Source of the DNA: the human T2T-CHM13v2.0 reference genome, Homo sapiens
NCBI RefSeq assembly: GCF_009914755.1
Contig: NC_060937.1
Strand: one strand, 5' to 3'
DNA: 64,000 bases
Shown here: one piece after another, positions 1 through 11,249 of the stretch
Layout of the letters: every line of letters starts with the position of its first letter
Numbering within the stretch: position 1 is the first letter of the stretch
The notes under the pieces: model-generated
What the model saw: only the letters and a program-made list of their open reading frames with translations
Databases searched by the model: none
Told to the model about the DNA's origin: nothing
Translations under genes and position numbers: made by a program

Positions 1-2782
1 AACAAGTTTATTTCTATTTACGTATATCTGGCTGGAAACAAAAATGATCATAATTTAGAGAAAATGTTTAAAACTCTGAAGCATGAAGTTTTGTGGAGCT
101 TGTATTGTTTCTCTCTCCCTCCCTCCCTCTCTCTCTCTTTCTCCATATATATACATATAATTCTTTCTTCAATATCTGCCTTGGGTTAGAAGTAGAAGTT
201 TGGTGGTAAAGGTGAATCCCATCAAAAGACCCGTAGTAATACAGGAATTCAAATATTATTTGTTGAAAGTAGAAAATAAAAAATATAAATTAATAGAGCT
301 TACTGAATTCATCTAATTCATACACACTTCTAATATGCTTATGGTAATTTCAATTATCATCTTAAAAGAACCCACCTTGCAGTACCAGATAATATTGGGA
401 AATCAACAAACTAAAATAGTCTTAGGAATAGTGAATGTATATTCCTGTTTGCAAGCATATAAAGGATAAATACAGACACCTTGACAAAATATGAAGAGTT
501 CAGGAAACAGAAATGATCTTATACAAACTAATGTCTAACCTGGGTCCTATTCTGAGCCTCTCAAATGTGTCTTGCTAATATAAGAATATGCATTGGCTCT
601 TTTAACTCTGAGAGTAACTGAGAAGCCTCCTTCACAGAACTCTAAGGAGCTTAGAATCACCTTTCTGACCATCTTTTCTGCTTCTATATATCCTCATAAA
701 ATATTTACTGTTCTTCTGAATGACCACTCTGATTATCCTTAGACTCCTTTCAGATTCCCTGATGATGTCATGGAAATGTTAAACCCATTATGCTAAGTTA
801 GGACCTCCATCTGCAGTGACCTCTTGGCACCCGCTTCGAGGACAGCATGATATTTTTACATAAAAGTTAGTCTTCATTCAAATCCTCGAGGCCTGATCCT
901 GAAAAAACACTGACAGCTCAATCAACCCTAATAAATACTTAACTAGGTCCATGAAAAATAATAATAATACAGTTTCCAAAAAAATCCATTACACATTTAC
1001 AATTGAGTCATAAAAATGTCTATTAAATGTACAATTATTTTACCACATTTTTATTGGAAAATAACATTTATCCTAATTTACAGGTTTAACCCAAAGGTGG
1101 TACATGACATTCCTTTTCATTAAGCTATTGGAGGAGTGATGAGTGACGGTGCCCAGCTCTAATTATCTTTAACATAGTGTTTCAAATTGATCATGCATAA
1201 TGCAATTACAAATCATAATTAAATTAATTTATATTGATTTAAGATTTTATAAGTTGTTAATTACAGTACAGTATATCTATTTCCACAAGCTAACAATATT
1301 TTCAAACTGCCAAAGCATTTCCTTCTTTTCCAATTTCATTCTCAATTAAAAAGTTCACAAATTTATACCTACTTTATGTGGGTAAGGGCTAACTTCAAAA
1401 CTGTAAAGGCAATGTTGAGTATTTATAGAAGTTTTCTCCAAGAAATGATGTCGTATACATTTGTACATTTAGGATCATCTGAATTTAAAAATACATCTAT
1501 CTCAGAAACACTTTGACCTGCTCCATCTGCTAACCACTCTGTTTGCCATACCTGCCTTCACAGCTTGCTAGTATTGTCCATGCACATAGTACTAGTTTCT
1601 CAATACGTGTTCTGATTGAGTGACTGACTCGGGAAAACCAAAGGAAACCAATGTAAATGCAAAAGTCCTTTCCTGCAACTGATGGTTGCAGAAGAATCTG
1701 GAAGCCAAGGGGAAGCCCAAGCGAACGTTGTCCTGGCAAGAAAGCCTGGGGAGTTGGACTTGTCCACATACTTCCCTTCTCTTCTCACCCAATCACATTC
1801 GAGAAATAAAATTCCTTCAGAAATCTCTACATCAGAAGGCAAAGTGGACAATCAACGAGTGGATAATCCACACAATCCAAGAACATTTCCTTTCTCTTGT
1901 TTCTCTCTAGAACTAAAGGAGAGGTGGAAGAAAGGAGGGGTGTGAGAAAGGGAGCAGGATGGATTGACTCTGAAAGCCCCATCACTGTTTTTGCGACAGA
2001 AACAAATATTAGACAAATGTGTCAATTCACTCTGACCGGTTTTTTTCACATACTAAAGAATTATTCCTTCACCTTCTCATACCTGAACTATACATCCAGT
2101 CAGATTTGTGGCATGACCCACAGAAACATAACCTGGTCCTTCCACTCTCCACAAGCCTTGGAACTGGGGTTAGGGTTATGTGGATTGTTGCTCTCAGGCG
2201 GCTGAGCCTAGAATTGAGGATTCTTCCCGCCCGGCCACGGTGCCTTTCTCTGAATGTGTTAAATGCCTTAAGGTCCTACGAAGGGAAAATGAAAATTTGA
2301 AGTAATTAAATTTAGGAGGGCAGGCTTGGAAATGGAAGTGACATGTTTATGAGAAAGGTACAGGAATGGTTATTATAAGGTATAGTTTCCCGGAACCCAG
2401 CATCCTCCCTGTAAGGACTGGTCACTAACACTATGGGCGTGCACGCTCTAAGCAAGTAGAGGCAGGAAGTCTGCGAAAAGCCCCAGACAGCCACTGCAGT
2501 GCCAAGTGTGCTGCTCACTAGCGACCCCTCTAGGTCTTAGAGAGAAGAGAGCTCATGCAGAAGAGTACTCGGGACCATTGCCGGGACGAGAAGCCCATCA
2601 GGCTGACTGCTCCATTAGGGAGCATCGCAAGCTCGGGGTGCGAAAGCTTCCCCGCCGCCAACCAGCCAGCCCTGCCCTGTGTAGACGGGTCGCCAGAGCG
2701 CGGCGCAGGGATCGAGCTCCGAGTAGCCCAAACGGGGAGGCTCAGAAATGCACGGGGAGAGCACTCCCCTAATCATAAGACA

Positions 2783-2823
2783 GGAAAAAAAAAGAAAGAA
2801 AGAAAAGAAAGAAAGAAAAGAAA

Positions 2824-2898
<75 letters not shown>

Positions 2899-2990
2899 GA
2901 AAGAAGGAAGGAAGGAAGGAAGGAAGGAAGGAAGGAAGGAAGGAAGGAAGGAAGGAAGGAAAGAAAGAAAGAAAGAAAGAAAAGAAAGAA
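2783..2990 (+). repeat. Compound (GAAA)n-(GGAA)14-(GAAA)n polypurine microsatellite
   Basis: About 200 nt of only A and G; 14 consecutive GGAA at 2906-2961. Confidence 0.97.
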
Positions 2991-3273
2991 ACTCGAGGTC
3001 TCGGGGATCCCAAGCGTGAAATGAATGGGAGAGAAAGGTCTGAGGAAAAACATGCGAACACCGAAACTCAACTGGAACCTGCGCGGGACTTCAAGGAGCA
3101 GAAAATCCAGCGCAGAGCTAGGGCGGAGGCAGCGGGGGGTCAGAGACCCTCCCTGTTTATTGATCACCTTTGGCATGAAATATCTTGTATATGGGTTCGG
3201 ACCATCGCGAAGGTTTCAGACACAAACAAGCTACAGCAACACTTTCTCTACGCATCCCCTAGTTATTGAATAG

Positions 3274-3303
3274 CACACACACACACGCACACACACACAC
3301 ACA
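3274..3303 (+). repeat. (CA)n microsatellite
   Basis: Direct inspection. Confidence 0.9.
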
Positions 3304-4098
3304 AACGCGCATCCCTGAGCAAGAAGGCAAAAAAGAATCCAAAACTTGAGCAGGTCGCCAGGCCCTTTTCCTCTCTCAGCCAAAGTATGCCCAGTCTACA
3401 TCCCCGCCCCACCACCCCAGCCACGCGGGCGGGACTGCGTCCATAGGACGCACCTCGCAGATACTGCAGCCTCCCTCCAGTTGTTCCAGCTTCCCGAGGC
3501 CCCAGTTGTTTCAGTCCCATCGCCAACTGGCAAAAGCAGTTTTCTAGTCTGCCTTCTGAAGACGTCTCTTTTTATCCAAGTACTTTTGCCATAATATATG
3601 GGTAGTGTCTCACTTTCCCCAACTCTACAATGGACTCGAATAGACTGTTTTGTCTTTCGCCAAAGATTTGAGAAAGATTCTTGAGCTGTGGAGAGATTTT
3701 TGCACTAAAAAGATTCTTGAAGGAGAAGGAGTAGGAGAGAAGCAATAGAATATTTTCAAGCAATATCCAAACAGGCTTCTAGACTGGAGAATAAAATTAA
3801 TTCAATAAAATATAACACATTTTTTTCCTTAACTAATAATACTCAGAGATGGTGATATGGATTTCATTAGACTTGAGTTACAGTTTGGTTGTAGACTCAA
3901 GACTGCATGAATTCTGTGTGTGCTGTTCCTGGGATTGGGCTGAAGCCTTACCCTCCAGGAATTAGAATATTTTCGGGGCAAGGTTGGAGAATCCATTAAT
4001 AGAAGAATTATTTTTTTTAAAAAAAACTCTTGTTTTAATAAAGTCTTGCATTTGAGGCTAAATTTTAGTATTTGTCTGAGAAAAGTGGGTGGGTTCGG

Positions 4099-4099
<1 letters not shown>

Positions 4100-4134
<35 letters not shown>
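4100..4134 (+). repeat. (TG)n microsatellite
   Basis: Direct inspection. Confidence 0.9.
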
Positions 4135-4138
<4 letters not shown>

Positions 4139-4711
4139 CTTTTGGCATTGGTATGTGTGATTTGCAGTCCAGGTTGTTAAGTTTCCAAGCAGGAACCAGT
4201 TAAAAATGCATGGATCCTATTATATGTACAATTTAATCACAAGGTATTTAAAATAGACATTTCCATCTAAAATCCAATCTGAAATCAACACAGTTCCTCC
4301 AGGCATTAGACGTTCATCTCGATTTTGCATTTGTAAACTGGGAGAAATAAATGTGACTTGTGGATACCAAGAGGTCAAGTACGGCTGCTCAAATATTTTT
4401 CTTACAAAATGACGGATTTATTAGACAAATAAGTAGCCCGGCTGATGCAAAACCCCCAGTGATTGAATTTTGACGTTAAGTCAACAACAACTCGAACTAC
4501 ATCAGTGGTTCAAGATTTAGTTATGATGGTAGAGATTACTGAACAAATAAGAGCCAGAAATGAATACAGATTTCTGAGGATCTGCCCCTGGCACCCTCTT
4601 CTTGACATTCTCCTCCATATGCTCCCCCTATTCATACTGTATTATAATTAAAGGACTTAGCTATGCCTTGCGATTGGAAAGGAACTTTAAAATAATTAGG
4701 CATATTTTCCT

Positions 4712-4746
<35 letters not shown>

Positions 4747-5127
4747 CAGGCTCAAGGAGAAAACCAGTTGAGTTTCATAATAAATTCCTTCTTGGCCTGA
4801 AAGTCACCCACCATTAGAAGGGAGGTAGCATTCAGTGGGTGTTTTTCTTTCTCTCTCCCTTTTTCAGGTTTTATTTTCATTAAGAATTTTGATAACCTGC
4901 TCTTTCTCTACCCCAGCCCCCACCATGCCCCCATGCCTCTTCCTCACTTTCCTATGAAACATCACTTTCTAAAATATTTGAGGACTTAGGCTTTATTTAG
5001 TATCCCACAGAAGATCAGAATCCACTGCTAAATAATTAAATCGCCGGTAGATTTTTAGGAGTATTTAGGTTTCACCTCTCCTGGGTCAATAGCTGCTCTC
5101 CCGCCCGCTCTCCCCTTGACCCTCCCT

Positions 5128-5148
5128 GGAGCTGGCCGCGGTGCTGAA
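5128..5148 (-). promoter_or_regulatory. RE1/NRSE (REST-binding) element
   Basis: Minus strand TTCAGCACCGCGGCCAGCTCC vs consensus TTCAGCACCNCGGACAGCGCC; canonical spacing, 2 mismatches. Confidence 0.7.
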
Positions 5149-6507
5149 AACCTTGCGTGACTCTTGTGAAAAGGGAGGGCACCACTAATGGAGGATTTGG
5201 AGGAGTTACTTATCTTTGCTCTTCATGAAAGGAAGCTTAAATAATTGAGACTACATTTAAACATAAAGCAGTTCATTTCTCATCTTTTCATGGAGAAAGG
5301 GACTGATCTGCTCCTAGTGTGAAAATCTGCCTTTTATTTATTCTATGTGTAACTTCCTTATTGTAGTGGAATAGTGACTCAATTTTCATTTGACTCTTGT
5401 GGAGCCAGCCAAGAATCCATTCCTTACACCTTCTTCTCTTATTCTGTGATTTTTCAGTTATAGTTTGGTTCCCTCTAGTTCATGGAACTGCTTATTTTGC
5501 AGGGACAAATCTATATTTCATTTTAAGAATTCATCTGATCAAGGGCTTGAAACAATTTCTCTTTGCAGATAGAAATTTGTTCTTTGGGTATCCAGGCACA
5601 AACCGCTAGAGGCAATAAAGTGGTGCCAGATTTTTATCCTAGATTTTATTTAAATACAATAATAATCCCACTCTGTAAAATAAGTTGTCCATCCAAGCTT
5701 CTCTCCCAGTTTGCCATATATCTCTCCCATGTATGCATGTACTGCTAATTTGTACAAATGTTTTACTTGTGCTGGGTTCTAAATCATCTATTGCTTTGGT
5801 TGCTCTCCTGATAAATAAACCTGGACATCCAAAATTACTAACCATCTAATAGTAACAGAATTCACTAAGTAGAACGAAATGTTTCATAATTATTTTGCCA
5901 CTACCCACAATTAAATAATAAATTGTGAAAATGAAGCTCTTCTATTAGGGAGGGGGATGTCGTTCTCTTTTCTTCTTCCTTTTAAAATACTGAGTAGTAT
6001 CTTCAGTCTAACAATACATCTGTTTACAGTTTGCCTGAACTTGTTTCTGAATTTATATTTCAATATGCTCTTTAGGATGCAAAATTCCTGTCAAATTAAA
6101 GAGTGCTCATGTCTTGCCCGCTTCTAGCAAATCACTTGCAGCACCTAATAAATCCAGCTGGGGTTCCTTCCATGGCCTGATGCTGCTGAAATCATTATTG
6201 TCCTGCCTTGTTTCATGTCAGAGGCCTCTTCGCCTCATCTGTCATGAAACCAATTTCACTTTATTTACATCCATTTGCTAGTTTAATTACTGTGCTGATG
6301 AATAGCCTGAAGGAATTAAGTTATGAGTCTTTGGAAACCCAAAGCGACAGATATATGGGCTACCTTTTAACTACAGGGAAAGAAATGAAGGCTAATGGCA
6401 TGCACCAAAATTTAAAGATAATAAGTGTTTCTCCCTACCTGCTACTGTTGAAATTCAGGATGATTCTTTCTTCATGTATTCATCATCTCCTGGATGAAAT
6501 ATAGTGC

Positions 6508-6567
6508 TTTAGAATCTGTCATATTTACAGATTGACTTTTAGAATCTGTCATATTTACAGATTGACT
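6508..6567 (+). repeat. Perfect 30-bp tandem duplication
   Basis: TTTAGAATCTGTCATATTTACAGATTGACT x2. Confidence 0.95.
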
Positions 6568-9153
6568 ACAGTTCTCTACAACACAATTTTCTATTTTTAA
6601 AATCTTTTTTTTTTTTTTTTTTTTTTACTAAAAGAGTCACAGATAATTTACTAGCCAAAAGCAGTGGTGTTTTTAATTAAAAACACCTCTCAATATTAAC
6701 CTGTCCCTGTAACTGAGCACTTACTTCTATATAAAGACAGACAGGTTCCCTTGTGAAAATAAAGAATATTTAATACCTCCCATCTAATACATAGTACAAA
6801 GTACTCCACTTTTATACTGTAAATATTGTAATAGATCGCACTATATAATTTTTGTTTCTTATTGAGTACAATTTCACAGTTATCTTTTTTCAAGTAATCT
6901 TGCACTTTCTAACACAATTATCTTCTTTAATGTATTTTTGAATCATAAAAACATTCTGCTGCCTGTCTCTTTTACATATCCAATACAATAGAGCACTATC
7001 AGTCTTTGTTAATGACACAGGGCGTATGGGGTGAGTGAATAATCTGTGTTCTCAATATATATAAGTAGTCAACATTTACATATGTATTTTTTAAATCTAA
7101 GGTCAATAAACTTTTCAATAATTCTATTATCTTACAAATTAACTACTGCAGTGTAAGCCTACTAATTATGACAATATTAAAAAGTCATTTTCAAGGGTAT
7201 TCTTTCTTAAATGCTATCAATAATTATAGATTTTTAAACTTAAAAAGTATTCTTGTGGCCCATCATCACTTACTGCCAATTATAACAATAAGTAAATATG
7301 CTTGAATTGACTTTTTATTTTATATTTTCTCTATCCTCAGGTAGCATTGCACATGAAAAGAATGTAACTTTTAAATCCAAGAACCTATATGTTTTCCTTT
7401 CATTGCTCTGTTTCTGATATAGGTCTGATATTTTAAAATCTGTACTTCCACTTGATTTCTCTAAAAAGAATTAGTTTAAGACACATGACAAATATGGTCA
7501 TTATTTCAAGAAAGAATTCAAATATTTTTCTTACACACTTAGTATACTTACTCATTCATGCCCTCTCCATGCTGAGTATATAATTACATCTAATATTGTG
7601 CAAACTTTCTAAACTAGTTATTTAACTGAAAACAATTTTAAACACTCAAAGGCAAGAGATATTACTAAACAACAAAGAAATGAAAAAGATGGAACTTTTA
7701 ATGTTTTCTCATTTCTTCTCCTTCTAAAAAAATTAAGTACTATTTTCTATCCTGTATATTTTGCAGTTTCATTTATCAAAAAGCCAGCCTAAAGGAAGAA
7801 ACAAAAATCTTAACACATTACATTTACTCTCAGAAGAACTAAAAAAAGTGAAAACTCTACTGTCCATGCAAATATATATTAATAATTATATATTCATTAC
7901 AAATCCCCCAGGCACCTCCCTCCATGACCTTCTTACATCCCCTAAACATACAATTTCCGTATTCTCCTCCCACTACTTTTAATAAAGCACATTTACCAAA
8001 CAATGTACATAACAAAAATAACTTTTGTGCCATCAGAGTCTTGCCTATAGAAGTTTTGCAATAAAGCAAACCCAAATAAGACCTTTCAGGTAAAATATCC
8101 ATCTATTTCAGTAGAACCAAATGCTATGCTAATTACTTAGTAGACATTTATGAACAGTCTTTAACTCGACAGCAAAGAAATTTTATTGATGGAGCCTTCT
8201 TTAGATATTTTTATTCATTTTTTATTTAAAAAATGAAGACATGTGAGTTTTAAATGCTTTTTCTTTTCCCCTCCTCCTCCCCCATCTCTCTCATTCTCCC
8301 CCCTTCTGAAGACCCTCTCTTTCCTCTCCAGCTCTTTTTGATTAATAGATCCATGTGGCTAACGGCCTGACATATGGTGTGCGAAGCAGCTTGAGATAGT
8401 ACCTTAGGCATCCCCTACGGCCATTAACATATTAGGGGCTTATGTGCAGTCAGACAGTCAGACCTCATCGAGAGCCAGCATTTTCAGAAAGGCTGAACCC
8501 CAGAGCTGTTTGATAGAGAGTTTCAATAATGCACCACTCTTCAATTTTAAGGGAGTTGCTTCTGGTGCTGAAACACTGGGACAGAACCAGAATAAAGTTT
8601 AGCAATAAGACTCAGTTACATTCAACAGCAACAGTAAAAAATGCGCTTACATCTGTTTGTATATGGATATGCACGTGGAGGCACAGCTTCAAGCTCACAA
8701 ACATACACCAGCTCCTGAGTATTATCAGTAAACAGGCAATGTCAGCTGCCTGGATTTATTTTGTTTAAAGATTTATTTTGCTTAAAGTCTTCTTTATACC
8801 CAGAATACTAGCATTGCAGTAACAGTTCAGTTACTGATAGAGGAGATTTAAAAAGCAAAAACAAAACGCAGCATCATATTTAGAAAGACACTGCTCTGAA
8901 TCATGTAGTTTGATTTTTTCTCTAGTAGAAGAAATTAGGTGCATTTTTACATCTGTCGTAGCCTCAAAACAAGAAAAACAGGAAGAAAGTAATGAAAATT
9001 TAACGTTAAAGAATGTGATCGTGCTTTAAATGCATTTACAGGTCAAATCCATCGAGAGGTAATCAATCTTATTCCGCAAAATCTGAAAGTTTACAAACAA
9101 AAAGTCTTGACAACTCTGAAAGGTGGGAAAAAAAACTCTAGGATGGGGTAGGG

Positions 9154-9185
9154 GTGTGTGTTTGTGTGTGTGTGTGTGCGCGCGC
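9154..9185 (+). repeat. (TG)n(CG)n microsatellite
   Basis: Direct inspection. Confidence 0.8.
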
Positions 9186-10038
9186 TCGCTCACGTGTGTA
9201 TTTGTATATGTATTATTTGTATATATACGTATATAAATTTGGGACGAGGGAAATGATATTCAAAATCAAAGCATATATCACACTTTAAGGTTATTTAATT
9301 CACTTTAACCTCGTAACTGAAGCTTGAAATTCGCTTTGCCCATGTTCTTCTCCTTCCAGCCTCCTGCTGATAAACCACTGTACCCCTTTTGAACTGTACT
9401 CTAGCTGTTTGCTTGGCAAATAAATGCTGTTCCGCCCTATTAAACCTTTTAGGTAGTTTCATCTTCGGATTTCTCAAATACAGGACTAATAAGGAGGTGC
9501 TTTGATGCTGTTTTACTTTCAAACTATAGCCCCAAGGCGTTAAAACGTGCAAAAGGTAACTGGAAAAGCAAATTGCCACGAGCAAGGCGCACCCTCCCTT
9601 TCAAAACCGTTCCAACCCTCTGAGTGCACTGCGTGGAAGCCGAAAATCTCCCTGTTCCTGTGCAGAACCACGTCCCGTTGGCAGCCCCTGGGGTTCTGAA
9701 CCGGTGCCACAATACCAGGGGAGTGAGGAGAAAGGAGGCACTTTTAAGTTTAAAAGCCCTGGAATCCCTTGGGAGAAGGGAAAGATGGAGGTAGGGACCG
9801 GAAAGCTTTCCAAAGTTGATTCTGGGCAAACAAATATCAGGTGAAGATTAGGAACCGGCAACTTGCTTAAGCAGCCAGTATTAAAACTTTTGCATAAGGC
9901 GTGGCAGTGGTGCGCGAGAGAGCCCGCTTCTTGGCTCTAAGGCTGATTTCAAGCCTCCGGTTCAGATTACACTTTGGAAAGAAGACCCCGGCGCGCACTC
10001 CCGCGTCGAATACAATGGACTCCCTCTCCCCACAGTCA

Positions 10039-10063
10039 ACACACACACACACACACACACACA
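10039..10063 (+). repeat. (CA)n microsatellite
   Basis: Direct inspection. Confidence 0.85.
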
Positions 10064-11249
10064 ATCCCTTAGTTTAATATAAGCAAATGAAACAATTGAA
10101 ACAAATCTGTTTTATTTAAAACTGGGATGAAAGCGTCTGTCGCTCAAAGGCGTCACAGTCCGTCACATTAAGATAAATTTTCAGAAGAAACGCAAGCCCT
10201 CGGGAAATACCTCTGCCCAGAGTCAAATGGATCCTACCTGCTTTTTTAAATGCCTGCATTTCCATTGCTAACTCATACAACACATTTTACGATTGTGCAA
10301 AGTGCAGGACAGTTGAGCCCCAATGTCAGCCTCAGAGCTCCTTGTCACATTCAGCTTCTTTTTCTCTCTCTTTCTTTCAACACAACGCTATGGTGAAGTC
10401 ACATAAGTGATCAAAATTAACATAAATCACTATTAGTTATTAGGATTTGCTCTAAATTACACTGTGAATATCGTACCAGCCCCATCTGCCGCCCCTGCTC
10501 TCGCAGCAATAGATTGCAGATAAAATAAATGTCCTTACCCCATTAGAAGGTTCCTGTCTCTGTAGCCAAAAGCCAAACAAAAGCAATAAATACCGGGCTT
10601 TTTCTCTCCACTATTCAGCTGTGACTCTTTTCATCAGCTCTTCTTCTAGAAAAGCTCAATAGCTGCCTGAAAATATTGCATTTTATATCACCAAAGGGCG
10701 ATTAATATTGCATTAACTGTATTTAACATTTTTTAAGCGCGAGTAATCTGCAATGAGTTAGTTTTCTGTTAGTAAGGACAGGGGGTATCAGAACTACTGC
10801 AGACCACTTAAGATATCCGTACGATTGTATTATTTGTCTCACACGTAGTTATATATATATATTTAGAGTGTACCGCGATGTTTGAAGTGGAAGAGGCCGT
10901 GCTAATGGCCTGCTTAAAGTATTCTGACACTGTCTGGAGACAACCAGGTCTCTGCCTTCATTAAAATGTTTATTGTCAACATTTGGTGGGGGCGGGGAGA
11001 AGGAGAAACTGGTTTAAGTGAATTTCCACGGCTGGAAATTGACAACACTTTGTTTTATTCTAATCTATGTCTACAAAAGTTTGTATATATTATACTGCAC
11101 TGAGGCCAGGCGTAAGAGTTATCAAACAAACTTTTGTTTGTAATTCCTTTTACCTGATCAATGCGAGGAGTCTCTTCCTCCACCACTCCTTTTGACAACT
11201 TTCCTTCCACGCTTTTTTTTTTCCTCAATCGGAAAGCAGCTGTCTTTCG

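Noticed and set aside
2555-3269. 135-173 aa ORFs rich in K/E/R or F/L/S
   Set aside because: Translations of the GAAA/GGAA microsatellite, which lacks stop codons by composition
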